The position numbers and the translations under genes were made by a program. 64,000 nucleotides of DNA from positions 133,625-197,624 of the forward strand of contig NMRA01000353.1 of assembly GCA_002633005.1 (NCBI GenBank). The letters are read 5' to 3'. Origin of the DNA: Phoronis australis (taxonomy: Eukaryota; Animalia; Phoronida). The first letter of the stretch is position 1, and each line of letters starts with the position of its first letter. This document shows positions 41,201-56,200 of the stretch, one piece after another. The notes under the pieces are model-generated. The model had not been told where the DNA came from, made no database searches, and saw nothing but the letters and a program-made list of their open reading frames with translations.

Positions 41201-44200
41201 CCATAAAAGATATGACAGCATCTCTTGTGCTACAAAAAGAATAAATTCATATCACAAACCTGAACTTCGATTAAAAATTCAAATGCTTGCAATAATCCTG
41301 TGTATCAGCTTAAACAGAAGCTATCCGATTGTTGGAATCCTGTGTGAATTGATAGGGCCATGAATTAAATTCTTCCAGTCTATCAGAGTATAAACTCCAT
41401 TTCTCTCGGACTTCCTTCGAGGATTTTTTAGTATTTCGCTTAAGGGAGAAGAAACATGTCTACAACATTTTGTATCGTTCTGCCACTGTGGCAAGGTGTC
41501 TTTGGTACCATCTTAGATTTTGACTTTCAACAAACATCTAAGTACAGTGTATTGTTTTTTATGTGCCCACATGCACATATGTGGTTGCATATCGCTGTCC
41601 TCTCCGGGTATCTGGTGTTATTCAGTCAATGAATGTTAATTTCACTTAACACTGCTCATGTCTGAGGTTGTTTCTTGACATGACCTCTGTTCATATTAAA
41701 GCTTGATGTTTGTGTTGTAGTGGAAGAAATCCTTTGAAAGCTATGACTTGCTAACCTTTTCTCAAGTCCTTGTTTTGTACGTTGTGTGTATGTGAGTCAC
41801 GTCAGATTATACCGTAAACTCGTGAGTTAATGCCCTGGGTGCTTAAATTGGGAAACCCTGAGACAGGGGGTGGGCAATTACCCAAGCAGTGGGCACTTAA
41901 ACAGAAAATTGGCAAAATTCGGGGGTGGGCGATTACCCTAGAGGTGGCCACTTATGTCCAAATTTTAGCCGAACTGTGTAAGGGTATGGGGTGTTCATTC
42001 GAGCACGGAACTTGTAAGTTCGGTCAATCAGTGGAACCCTACAACCACGAAATTTTTCGTGGCTCACACAGAAATGGAATTTCGACTTTGATCGGGTGAT
42101 TTCGCAAGACCATTGCTAAAAACTCAGATGTTTTCAAATATATTAGTGCGCTGCAGAATGTCATACAACGGAACTTTATGAAACTCCAATTCCTTTCCTC
42201 GTTTAAACAGCCTGACCTAAACTTTGCAATTGCAACGAGAGGGGGTGGGATTAATTGCTCAATTCAAATCTGGGTCAATTCGGGATATACATCTAGCACA
42301 TGCTGCGTGTGTGCAATTGCAATGAGAGGGGGGTGTGATTAATTGCTTATTTCAAATCTGGGTTTATGTGGGAGATAATTCTAGCAAAATCACGTGCTCT
42401 GTGCGTACAACTTGTACGCGCGAATAACTTCACAGTGCAATCGAGATCATTAGTGAACGACTAATCTCGTAGTAGAAAAATGCCAGTTATGAACTTGACC
42501 TGTATTAATTTAACAAAAGACCAGTTAATAAGTTTAAGAAAAGGTAGTTGCAAGGCTTAAGTTATACCACAAATGCCGGCTAAAAACGTGTACATAAGCT
42601 GCGAACAAAAGCACAAGTTCAAGCTGTTAGCGGTACGTTGGGGATGGGCAATTACCCGAGAAGCTGAACTTTGTGCAAAGTGGGGATGGGCGATTACCTG
42701 AACAGCGGGCGCATACATGGAAATTTGGCAGGGAGGGGCGATTACCTGGGCATGGGCATTAACCGTGGGTTTACGGTAATTGCATGTTTGAGATACTTTA
42801 GAAAAGGATTGCTTTAGTCATAACTGTACTTATCTTGTTCGGCTGTGTGTGCAGACTGGTACCTTAACTGAGGATGGCCTAGATATGTGGGGTGTGGTTC
42901 CTTGTTCATCCCGAGACTTCGACGTGGTGTTGCCTAAGGCAGATGATCTACCCAAAGGTCCTCTGTTGACTGCCTTGGCGACGTGTCACTCACTTACTAT
43001 CATTGATGGCGTCATAAATGGCGATCCTCTGGATATTAAGATGTTTGAGTCGACTAAGTGGGTATGTTGACATCTTTTTCTTGCTTATGATTCTTTTATT
43101 CTGGGGCTATTTTAATCAAGGTTAAAAGGTACTGTTGTGCCTGTGATTTGTAATGTCAGAGCAGTGGTTTAGTTATAGTGAATTACTCTGGTGTTGAATT
43201 AGACTGAATAACATAATTATACATAAGGTGCACCACCGTTGATGGAGTCTTCAACCTGTTTGGATAATGATGATCTCAGTAGTTTCATTGTATTATTGGT
43301 TAAACTTGTCTAGAAAAAAATTAGAATGTATTGTAAACGTCCTTCAGTTATTGAAGGCAAGTGAAAGTAGATTTTGTCAAAATTTTCAACAGAAAGTTGT
43401 ACTGCACTCCCCACTTGATATCAAACAACACTACGATAAAAATGAACATTTGTTGTACTGTCATAAATGTCATACAGAGACTAGCGCCACCTGTGTATTA
43501 CAGGAGTTAGAAGAGCCTGGAGAAGATGCTAATAAATTTGATGTGTTTGCTCCAACTGTTGTCCGTCCTAGAACGTGTGGCATACAATCATCCACCCTTC
43601 CTACCAGTGAGGTGAGACTCTCACGTACTTTGTCATGTCATACAATCGTTTATCGTACATTCCAGTGAGGTGAGACTCTCACATACTTAGTCACGATTAA
43701 AAGAGCATTTTCAGAAGCAGCAGAGAGAGGTTATAAATTGTTTTTTTATGTGCCATGCTAGTAATGTGATAATTTCAAGATACTTATATGTCAAAACATG
43801 TAAAAGTTTTCAGCAGTAACCCTTAGGGCGGTCATTCTGGTGCTCCCAAATTCTAAAGGAAGTCACTTTGTCCTTCAGGAATCTCTGGTTGTGTTCTCAC
43901 AAACTGCGCTTACTTATTTTCTCTTGTACACAATTTCTCATATTCCTTTCTTGTGAATTGCATTCTCTTTTCAGTGCATCATAAGCTTTTTTGTATGAGA
44001 TCATTCTTTTTTGGCTAATGATAATTTAATTACACCGGGATTATGGTTTCTACAGTGATCTTCTTCAACACGTCTGTTGATGTGATAAACTTTCTGTTGC
44101 AGACTCTGGCCTATGAAGTGGGCATAGTGCGTCAGTTCACGTTCTCCTCTTCACTTCAACGAATGTCTGTGGTAGCGAGAACACTTGGAAATGACCACTT

Positions 44201-47200
44201 TGATCTGTATACAAAGGGTGCTCCAGAGATGATCGCCTCGCTGTGTTTGCCAGATACAGGTGATTGACTGTGCCTCCATTTTCATGGAGTTAACTTATAG
44301 GCCATGCAGGAATGTTCTGTTTTCAACTTACTTTTAAGCAAGCATAAATGCTCGTCAGTCCACACATTTTGATATGTTTCTGGGGGAAAATGGCTTAGTT
44401 TTGAGAAAATGTGAAACTGGTGATAACTGACCACAAATTATCATTTGGACATTTGGGAGTTTAGGAAGTGGACATGCTCATTGCAAGGACAGAGAACTTT
44501 TCCTCCAACTTACGCACTTGCAGTGTGAATGTATATGTCTGTATATGTCACTGTGGCTTTGTTACAAATCATTGTTGTTGCTTAGTGCTTTTGACCAACA
44601 TTTCATCAATTTTAATCCGTTGAAAAGGTGTTGACAGGCACTTTGAATGTTTGATCATTTGGGCTTACTGATAAATGAACATGTAGTGGTCTGTACTGAG
44701 AGTTATGACATTGGCCTTACTCTTTAGAACAACTTGATGTCTTTGAAATAGTGGACTTCTTCATGGGATAGTTATGAATCAGATTGGCAACATCAGTGCA
44801 ATTTTGTTTAACACACTTATCCATTGCACTTTTTCAACAATGTTACATCATTACCCAAGCTACAAATCTCATTTCTATGCATTCTGATGCACCCACATAT
44901 TTATATGTGGTGCATATTGCCTTCATCTCTGTCCGGGCATCTGGCGTCTGCTGCATCTAATGAACCCCTTTCAGGATTTTCATGGGATTTGACAGATATG
45001 TTTCTTTGAAAGTGACAACATATGACGACGAATTTGGGATTGATCTTATGATTATGGCTTTTTTCGCTGTTGTCTCTGTATTTTTGAAGTTCTTGGATGG
45101 ATTTCATGAAATGTGGCAAATAGGTTTCTATACGGGAAACAACGACAACTTTCATTTTCGGATGTCTGTGACAATGCCACGTCACCTAGTGGCCATTTAT
45201 AATTAAAGATTTAATCCCTTTTTGGCGCTGGCGTTTTTATCTAACAACTTGGTTGATGGACCACTGTGAAAATTAGCAGACATGTTCCTGATGAGGAAAC
45301 TGCATCTGACATTGATTATCGCACGGCTTTGACTATTCTTCTGTCCCTTTGTGGGATTTTGTTTTTTGCATCCATGGGTTTATCTCCTTAGCCTTTTGCA
45401 GTAATTGTGTGAAATTTGTCAGATGTGTTCCTATGGAGCTGACAACAGATAATGAGTTTCAGACCAATCTGACGACTGGTGTGCCCCCTAGTGGCAGTTT
45501 TATTTATTTACGTTTTCCTGTGTGTCTAGTAGTTCATTGATGGATTTCATGAAACTTGGCTAGTATATTCCTATTAAGGAGACGACAATGTCTTGAGACA
45601 AATCTGACTATCGCTGTGTCTCCTAGTAGCAATTTTAGTTTTTTATGGATTTTCTTGAAATTTGGCAAATAGATTTCTGTTAAAGAGGTGATGGTGATCT
45701 TTCATTTTTATATGGATTTGTTGTGTTTGTGCACCACTTAGAGGCCATTTGTATTTTTAGAGCCAGCTTTTTCTGGCAATTTTAATTTTTACGTTTACCT
45801 CAGTTTTTAATGAAATTTAGCAAACAAATTTCTGTTATGATAGCAATAGCATATTTCCATTTTGGGATGGAATTGATATATTCTGCAGTACCTAGTGGTC
45901 ATTTTTATTATTTTGAAAGTTCTGTCTGTATTTGCCAAAATGCTCAAATAATCATTATTAAAATGTGCAGATGAATTATTACTGAGAAGAGCATGACTGC
46001 CCTGGTGCCACTTAGTGACATTTTTTTGTATCTGTGACTTTATCTCCTAAACCCTTTTGGAAGATTTTTTAGAAATTTGTCTAGTAAGTGTAATTCTATT
46101 AACTTAACAAAAGATGGTCGGGTTGGATTACCGCTTCATCTGCAATTTTTGTCACGTTGGCTGCTCTGTAATAGGTGACTTATTTTGATGAAAATTAGCA
46201 AAAAGCTTTTTGTTTCTTGAGACGAGGACATCTTCCCATCAGTAAATATCCTTATATGCACACCATTTGCGACGCAATTGTGGGCACATTTCGATGCTCT
46301 GCGTTGCTCTTGTTGTTTAATCTTTGATCTCTCATTGACTGTATGGTTTAGTTTTTAACGAATGTCATGGCAATCTTTTAGCGCATTCGTGTTTTCTGTG
46401 GTAAGATTCATTCAGTTCTGTTCTACCCCTTGTTACATATTAATTTTCATTGACCTGATCGGCGTATCATTCCAGTTCCCTTGGACTTCCATTCCACTCT
46501 CATGAAATACACTCAGCATGGATATAGAGTTATCGCTCTGGCTCACAAACCACTCAAGCTAAGTTACGTAAAGGTTCAGCGTGTGGAGAGGTTAGTCAAT
46601 GCACTTGTCAATGAGAAGAATGTACTAAAGAAATAATCCAATGATTTAATATGCATTCCAAGCAAATGTATCTCAAGCCTAGCAAAGAAACACAGACTTT
46701 TTGCACCAGTCACTGACTTCAAACATGATTTATGGTAACAAAAAACTTCGTACCTGGAATGTGAACTACTGATAAGTCTTGGGAACAGAAAATGACACAC
46801 TATTTTCACACAGATTGGCTGGCCAGGGTTGTGCAAGTTGTGGTTTGCCTGAGGGTTGTGCAAGTTGTAACTTGACTGGGGCTTGTGCAAGTTGTGGCTT
46901 GGCTAGGAATTGTGCAAGTTGTGGATTGGCTAGGAATTGTGCAAGTTGTGGCTTGGCTGGGGGTTGTGTAAGTTGTGGCTTGACTAGCGTTTTGCAAGTT
47001 GTGACTTTGCCGGGGCGTTGTACAAGTTGTGGCTTGACTGGGGGTTGTGCCAGTAGTGACTTAGTCGGGTGTTGTGCAAGTTGTGGCTTTACTGGGGTTT
47101 GTGTAAATTGTGACTTGGCTGGAGGTTGTGCAAGTTTATATGTGACTGGGGATTGTGCAAGTTGCGGCTTGACTGGGGATTGTGCAAGTTGCGTCTTGNT

Positions 47201-50200
47201 GCGGCTTGGCCGGTGTTTATGCAAGTTGTGGCTTAGCTGGGTGTCATGCAAGTTGTGGCTTGACTGGGGGGTTGTGCAAGTTGCGACTTGGGCTCGTATT
47301 GCATTAGCTTGTCGTCTAGTATTGTACCATTAATGCAGTGTTCTCCACGACCTGTTTTAACTCGACGCTGCAACGAGTTAGGATTTTGCCGCATCGAGTT
47401 TGGAAAATGCGCGTCGAGTTTGAAAAGTGCTGCGTCAGGTTTGAACTTTTGGCCTGGCTTGGCATTTCAGCCCTCGACACTAAAGCAGGGCCTGATTATC
47501 CAACATCAAGCCCATTACAGAATGTTAGAGGCAGTCAACACTATATGTATAACTTTGTATGACACTACAAAAAGAGTTTTATTTATCATTAATAAAATCT
47601 GCAAAAATCTTCAAAAAACAAAAATTTCGTGGAGTCATCTATCTTGCTTAATCAAATTTCTAATTTACTTTGTCATTCTAACTTTAAAATTTTGCAAGTC
47701 AATCTGTAAAGAAACAATTTAATTGGCTTAATAAAGACAATTTTGATTTTGACTGACATCTAGTGGCAAGTTAGAGCTTTTATGAGCTTATTCAACTTGA
47801 CAACAGGTCTCACTAAAAACTAGGTCACATCAGAACTCATGTTAGTAGTACTTAATATGTCTAATTGATATTAAAATCGGCATTGATATTATTAAAAGAA
47901 TTTTTAATCTTTTGTTTGATGCTCTGGGTCTGTCAAATGCTTTGGAGGAATTATGAGATATATTGGTAGGAAAGCTAAACTTTGAAGTGTCTAAAAAGTA
48001 GGTCACACCAGTGCACTGTGCAGTTTTAAACCATATATAAATACCTCCAGCAGACCCAAGGTCATGATTAGAAATGACACAATGTCAACTACTGTTACTA
48101 AATATTTGCGTCGAGTTTGGAATTTACAATGTGGAGAACACTGTAATGTATGAATTGTGATAACAGCATTTGCGTTGAATGTATTTTTTGGCTTTTCTTC
48201 ATTTAATGAAATCAAAGTTTCCAGTTCCATTATATGTATATCAACTTGGTACGCGATGACAAAACATTCCATTTGATTTGCAACACGTGACTAACCTTTA
48301 ACTGCTGTTAATGTTGTGACTTGTTTGTCATTTCAATGTTGTCAGTCATTCTCTCTTACTTGTGCTTTGTTGAATTGCATTTTGAAAGTGTGTGGCTCAC
48401 ATAAAAGGTCTGTTTTTCATCTCCTAAGTAACTTGTATTTTTTGGGCTTGTCACTCGTATTTCAGGCCTCCATAGCATTTTACTTTCCTGGACTTGCAGC
48501 TGTTTTTGTTCTACGGATTCATTTCTAGCCAAGTTGTGTGTTTCTCAGCTATACCACAATGTGCTCGATGTAGTTTTGCATTAAAATTTATTCCAAAGCT
48601 ACAACTTTAAAAAGTGCTTCAAAAGTATCTCATTAATTAAAGCGTGTACTGACACATCTTGTGTAAAAAAAATTCAGATGTGTTTAAAAATACGGTGCTT
48701 GCAAACATGTGGTAATGGATTGTTTGCAGGGAGAAGGTTGAGTTTGACCTGCACTTCTTGGGTCTCCTCATCCTAGAGAACAAGCTGAAGAGGGAGACAA
48801 CTCCTGTTATCCATCGACTACAGTCTGCAAACATCAAGGTTATCATGGTCACTGGTAAGTATAGTGACAATATCTAAAGCAGATTGATGGTGGAGTATTG
48901 ACCATCTGAAACTTTGATATTGGCTGGTGATGAGTAATTTGTTATCGTGGTGGTATTAATTTGTTCATTAAAATTACCTCAGGAAATAAACAGACAAGAC
49001 ATGATAACTAAAAGTAAGGATACAGCATAAATTAGTTCCTCTTTCTTGCAGGTGACAACATTTTGACAGCTGTTAGTGTTGCTCATGAATGTCGTCTGAT
49101 TCAAGAGAACCGTAAGGTGATCCTACTGGATGCTGAACCACCAATCAACAATGTGCCAGTACAGTTAGACTGGTCGTACGCAGACAATGTCAACCAGCAT
49201 GTGACCGAGGTCACTGTGGACTCATATGTATGTTATCACCTTTGTCACACTTCAACTTACAATGTTTTCATTAAAAGGGAAAGCCTTACTTTTCATTGTT
49301 ATTCTTAAAGCCACATGCAGTGCCGTTTTGAAGAATCTTTGTTTTGAATCTTGTTTTGGAGTGGAACATACCTTTTTATGCACCCACATGACTTGTTTAT
49401 ATGTCATGTGGGTGCATTATGCCACCATCTCTGTCCGTCTATTTAGCACCTGCTGCTGTGTCTCCAGAAGCCCGTGATGGGTGATTTGGAGAGGTTTTCC
49501 TACAGTTGATGAGGCGGCATGAGCGAAGTTTCAGTTGTGATGAATTATCGGTATGGCCCCTAGTGGCAATTTTACTTTTTATGCAGCCACAGCTGTGCTG
49601 CCTGCAAACACTTGCAATGTCTCAATGAAATTTGGCAGATGTGTAAAACTGATGACATTAGAGTTTACTAGAAACTAAAGTGTGGATCGATTCGTCACTG
49701 CAAATTAAGTTGCAGTTTTAAAACTGCAGATTTGATACGGCTGAGTCACTACAGTATAGAGCTTTTGTAAAAGATTAATACTGGCTTTTTAAGACATATC
49801 TGTATTATTAATGAGGCATTTACCAGCAGTGGTGTACCTGTATGTGTTCACAAGGACAGCATGTCTTTCACTGCAATATTCACTTTACTGCTTAATTGAT
49901 GAGCGGTTGTTGTGTACTTTGTATGATTGTAGAGGTGCAGTCAAATCGAGATAATTTCAGGGTCACATCAGGTGGATACAAGTAGATCTAAGCTATACTT
50001 AGGCAGGCTTAGTTTGTGCCATCAGTTTCTCCATTGTGTGCTCAGTGGGAAGAATTAATTCAGTGGTGTCAGTTTGATCATTGTGTGCTTAATGTAAATT
50101 CTGCCTTTGTTGTTTCAGGATAAGACATCCATCACTATTGAGGAAGGGGAATCAGACAAGTTCTACTTTGCCATGACTGGTAAAACTTGGGGTGTGGTCA

Positions 50201-53200
50201 GACAATACCTGCCAGACCTTCTGCCAAAGGTACTTCCCCATCAATCTCTTGTTGTATGATGACCAAGCTTCACATTGAAGATCATGTGTTACTGAAGTCC
50301 TGCTATTTCACTGACTCTAATGGTCCTGTGCTAAATTTAAGGAGGTTTAAACCCCCACCACAGTAACTGACCTCTTGTAAAACACTTTTGTTGATATATT
50401 GTGTTACTAATGTAGTATTTATGAGTATGTTATTTTATACATTACAGCTAGTTGTGCAAGGAGCAGTCTTTGCCAGAATGTCCCCAGATCAGAAGGCGCA
50501 GTTGGTTGAGTGTCTTCAAGAGCTTGGGTAGGTGTCTGTGTCTGTATCATAGTATACAATATTTTTGTCAAGTGTTATGTACTGACTACAGTTGATACAC
50601 TCTCTGGGCATACACTGCTTTAGCCGTGTCAACTGGCTATGACATCTGATTTGTTTATGAGCCGGAAGTCATCATTGAAAACAAATCCAATGTTCATGTA
50701 GATGGTTCTTTCTGGCCCAATATGCCGAGACAGTGAATCAAGTGTTGCCAGAGTATTTTAGGAACAATACCAAATGTACAAGCTTGGAGGCATCACCTGA
50801 TACATGTGTATTTAGTGGTGTTTATGACAAATAAGATTAATTGTATTGATGAGGCGATATGGATATGAGTTACCGATACTTTGATACTAGTCTCAATAAT
50901 ACTTTGATACTAGTCTCAATAATACTTTGATACTAGTCTCCAATAATACTTTGATACTAGTTTCCAATAAGATTTTTTGATACTAGTCTCCAATAATATA
51001 CTTTGATACTAGTCTCCGTTAATACTTTGATATTAGTCTCCAATAAGATACTTTGATACTAGTCTCCAATAATACTTTGATACTAGTCTCCAATAATACT
51101 TTGATACTAGTTTCCAATAAGATTTTTTGATACTAGTCTCCAATAAGATACTTTGATACTAGTCTCCAATAATCCTGCAAACTAAGCCTAAACTTTGTTG
51201 GGTCAGATCACTCACTTTCTATTTGGCAAGTTGTAGTTGAAAAGAAAATGATTCACTCACGTGTGGTTGTACTGTTCTCATTATCAGCTACTATGTGGGA
51301 ATGTGTGGTGATGGAGCTAATGATTGTGGTGCCCTGAAGGTGGCACATGCAGGCATCTCTCTGTCTGAGGCGGAGGCATCCGTTGCGTCTCCATTCACAT
51401 CCAAGACGCCCAACATTGAGTGTGTACCAAAAGTTATCAGGTATGTTCTATAGACGTAATTATATTCTGCCACCCTACTGTTTTATTATCAAGATCTTGC
51501 ATTTCAATGCAATACAATAAATTTTGTTAATTCCTGCCATTGTTTAAAATATATATTTTAGTAAAAGGTGAATTGGTAAAAAAATACATACTTTGACTTT
51601 AAGACACATATAGTTGATGTAGAAGGATTTATGGTTATTTGTCATTTAACCATGATCTTGTTTTATCATTGTTTATCTGCACTAATTTATCCAGTAATAT
51701 CTTTGATTCTTGTTTTTATACTTTCCTCTTGTGCATATGTGGGAATGCTTCAATATGAATTCCATATTTCTTGAATTAATATTTGGTGCTANTTAATTGA
51801 TGAGCGGTTGTTGTGTATTTTGTATGATTGTAGAGTTGCAGTCAAATCAAGAGATAATTTCAGGGTCACATCAGGTGCATACAAGTACATCTAAGCTATA
51901 CCTAGTAGGCAGGCTTAGTTTGTGCCATCAGATTCTCCATTGTGTGCTCAGTGGGAAGAATTAATTCAATGGTGTCAGTTTGACCATTGCGTGCTTATTG
52001 TAAATGCTGCCTTTGTTGTTTCAGGATAAGACATCCATCACTATTGAGGAAGGGGAATCAGACAAGTTCTACTTTGCCATGACTGGTAAAACTTGGGGTG
52101 TGGTCAGACAATACCTGCCAGACCTTCTGCCAAAGGTACTTCCCCACCAGTCTCTTGTTGTATGATGACCAAGCTTCACATTGAAGATCATGTGTTACTG
52201 AAGTCCTGCTATTTCACTGACTCTAATGGTCCTGTGCTAAATTTAAGGAGGTTTAAACCCCCACCACAGTAACTGACCTCTTGTAAAACACTTTTTTGTT
52301 GATAGATTTTATTACTAATGTAGTATTTATAAGTATGTTATTTGATACATTACAGCTTGTTGTGCAAGGAGCAGTCTTTGCCAGAATGTCCCCAGATCAG
52401 AAGGCGCAGTTGGTTGAGTGTCTTCAAGAGCTTGGGTAGGTGTCTCTGTCTGTGACATAGTATACAATTTTTTTGTCAAGTGTTATGTACTGACTACAGT
52501 TGATGCACTCTCTGGGCATACACTGCTTTAGCCGTGTCAACTGGCTATGACATCTGATTTGTTTATGAGCCGGAAGTCATCATCGAAAACAAATCCAATG
52601 TTCATGTAGATGGTTCTTTCTGGCCCAATATGCTGAGACAGTGAATCAAGTGTTGCCAGAGTACTTTAGGAACAATACCAAATGTACAAGCTTGGAGGCA
52701 TCACCTGATACATGTGTATTTAGTGGTGTTTATGACAAATAATATTAATTGTATTGATGAGGCGATATGGATATGAGTTACCGATACTTTGATACTAGTC
52801 TCCAATAATACTTTGATACTAGTTTCCAATAAGATACTTTGATACTAGTCTCCAATAATACTTTGATATTAGTCTCCAATAATACTTTGATATTAGTCTC
52901 TAATAATACTTTGATACTAGTTTCCAATAAGATTTTTTGATACTAGTCTCCAATAAGATACTTTGATACTAGTCTCCAATAATCCTGCAAACTAAGCCTA
53001 AACTTTGTTGGGTCAGATCACTCACTTTCTATTTGGCAAGTTGTAGTTGAAAAGAAAATGATTCACTCACGTGTGGTTGTACTGTTCTCATTATCAGCTA
53101 CTATGTGGGAATGTGTGGTGATGGAGCTAATGATTGTGGTGCCCTGAAGGTGGCACATGCAGGCATCTCTCTGTCTGAGGCGGAGGCATCCGTTGCGTCT

Positions 53201-56200
53201 CCATTCACATCCAAGACGCCCAACATTGAGTGTGTACCAAAAGTTATCAGGTATGTTCTATAGACGTAATTATATTCTGCCACCCTACTGTTTTATTATC
53301 AAGATCTTGCATTTCAATGCAATACAATAAATTTTGTTAATTCCTGCCATTGTTTAAAATATATATTTTAGTAAAAGGTGAATTGGTAAAAAAATACATA
53401 CTTTGACTTTAAGACACATATAGTTGATGTAGAAGGATTTATGGTTATTTGTCATTTAACCATGATCTTGTTTTATCATTGTTTATCTGCACTAATTTAT
53501 CCAGTAATATCTTTGATTCTTGTTTTTATACTTTCCTCTTGTGCATATGTGGGAATGCTTCAATATGAATTCCATATTTCTTGAATTAATATTTGGTGCT
53601 ATGGTGTTCCAAACGCTGTATGTCTTAATTTCCACAGTGAAGGTCGATGTGCTCTAGTGACCTCTTTTGGCATCTTTAAGTACATGGCTTGTTACAGCAT
53701 GACTCAGTTTGTGTCTGTGCTCCTTTTGTACTGGGTGAGTTGCTATTACTTATTTTGTGACTGTTTATTGAAACAAACAAACACGTACAAATGTTGTATT
53801 TTTAACCAGTTGTGAAGTTTCAGCTCACTCGCAATTTTTCTAAATCACTGTTGTACCTAATTCATGAATTGGACGGCATTCAGTCTTCTACAGTTTAATA
53901 AGTACATGGAATTCATTGGTGTTGCTACAGTAAATATACACCTAGTTTTTTAATATAGGAATCTCTGAAATACTAAAGCTGATGTTGAGTCCTCTCAAAA
54001 AGTGAAGATATTACTGTAATCAGGTCTGCAGACCACAATAATAAACAAATACATCAAGAATGAAACATGTGATAATGAAATAACATGTGATAATGAAATA
54101 ACATGTGATAATGAAATAACATGTGATAATGAAATGAATCACACTGGTAACAAAACTGGTAATAATAATAATAATCAAATTTAACAGTTACAGAAATGCA
54201 TGAAGAATAGATTTAACAATTTGTGTCAAAGTAATAATTTCCTGTGAGTTGAGCTACTTTTTGAAATTTTGCTCGCTATAAGGGATCCATGGTAAGAACA
54301 TTTTTGTTTATTTATATAAACATACTAAGAAACAGTGCATTTTCTATTTTGACTTTGGCAAGAGTCCAACGCTTATTCAGTCTTTTCCCTTCTCTTTTCA
54401 TCTGTTGACCCTGGCACCATCATGAGAGATTTGCCAGACATCTCCACCTAGGTATAGCAGATATATACATCAGGGCTTGCAATGACCAATGGCAAAAAAG
54501 ATGAAAATTTTCCTGGTGACATATCATTCCTCAAATACATTGGCTTGTGTGGCAGAAATATTTTTTGTGGTATAAAATTTATCAGAAATAAATGTTTTTA
54601 CATGAATAAAATCAAAATAATGATAAAAATATAAGAAAGAAGAAACTGAAAATCAAATAAGAGTAAATCGAAACCAAAAATGAGGAAATCCTCTTAAAAG
54701 AGGAAAATTCCAAGCCCTGATACATGACCAACTACCTGCTTGTGTCTCATTTTTATGTACCAATATACTATGCATAATAACGTGGGTGCATATTGCCATC
54801 ATCTCTGTATCGACTTCCAGCATCCAATGATGTATCTCCTAAACCTCCAGCTGGATCTCAGTGAGATTTGACAGATGTGTTTCTATGAAGTTGATAACAG
54901 ATGATGATGAATTTCAGACCTATGCAACTATCTCAGTGTCCCCTAGTGGCAATTTTAGGTTATTAGGTTTGCCTCTGTGTCTTCCTTAGTGGATTTTTAT
55001 GAAATTTGGCAATTGGGTTTATATTAAGGAACTTGTGCCGTAGCAGAGACTAATTGGCTCCAATCTATTTTAGCTTGGGATTGGTCATAGAAATGATCTC
55101 AAGTAACGTAGTAACGCCTGCTGGCCCTCCCAACAAGGGTACCACAGCCCCTCATCTCAATAATTACATCATTTTTGGCCATAGTAAGATCAGAAAATGG
55201 ACAATTGTGTTGATTGTCCGTTTTCTAATTATCTCAATAATTGGCTTACTTTTAATTTGTAAACACCCCTAGAAGTTTTTTCAAAGCAAAAAACATTTTA
55301 GATTCTTCACCAGCCACTACCCTCTGTGCCTCTGTACATAAACACTTCATTGAGAACTATGCATAATGCTGATTACGTAACTGTCAAATGGTTTACAACT
55401 ATTTTCAACTTTCTCATTGTCTTAATATGTCCCTCTTGTCAAAATACTTTCATATCGGTTTTTGATACATTTGATTGACTACAGTAGTTTCCAGTTACAA
55501 TCTGTGACGTAGTTACAGTTATAGTAGCAATTAATGGAGGATCCTCTGTAAATAAACAATCCAAACTCAACATACCTATCTTAGCACTGTAAATATTTCC
55601 ACAGTTATGAAAAAAATCCTTTTCAAGGTTTTACAAATAAACCAAGAAGAAGAATTTCCCTCTTTGCTGCGACCAATTTTATTCCTGCCCAGAATCCTGC
55701 CGTGTTACCATGAGATATGGACATGCAGCATCCATTGATTAGTTTTTCAAGGGAACACATGTTGTATATTTCATGTACGTTTAGGAGTTCTTCATCTTAA
55801 ATATTGTGTATTGTGAGTTTCCCCATGCTTCAGTGCCAGAACTGTAAGCAATGAAATCCTATTCTGCGCTTTTCTGTTTTTCGTTTCCTGTACACCTGGG
55901 TAGAATGCAGTAGCTATGTCACGGCCAGAAAAATCTAGCCAAAATCACGTGTTCTCATCTAAAATACACGGCAATATCTCACGTAATCTCGCAGTCTTGC
56001 TTTTTAGTGAGGTCCTAGCATAGGTCGTAGTGTTACTGAACTCTACCCTGACCTGCTGACTGTGCAGTAATGTACTTCTCACTTGACAGTATTCTGGCAA
56101 TACAAAAAGTTACAGCCGTCCTTCACTGAAGCTAACTTCGCCTAACTATAATTTTATACTCAAAAGGTGCCTTGCCATCAAATTATGCATCAATTATGAA

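Larger units (their letters stand above)
49892..53601 (+). repeat. Tandem duplication of about 1.9 kb (49892-51791 and 51793-53601) joined by one N
   Basis: Direct comparison: scattered SNPs/indels in the first half, apparently identical last 600 bp. Confidence 0.95.

Noticed and set aside
46766-47333. Cys-rich 184-aa (+) and Gln/Pro-rich 161-aa (-) ORFs resembling metallothionein or structural proteins
   Set aside because: By-products of a 30-bp (multiple of 3) intronic minisatellite; no flanking gene structure
51291-53283. Twin identical 60-aa minus-strand ORFs
   Set aside because: Antisense shadows of the duplicated GDGAND exon
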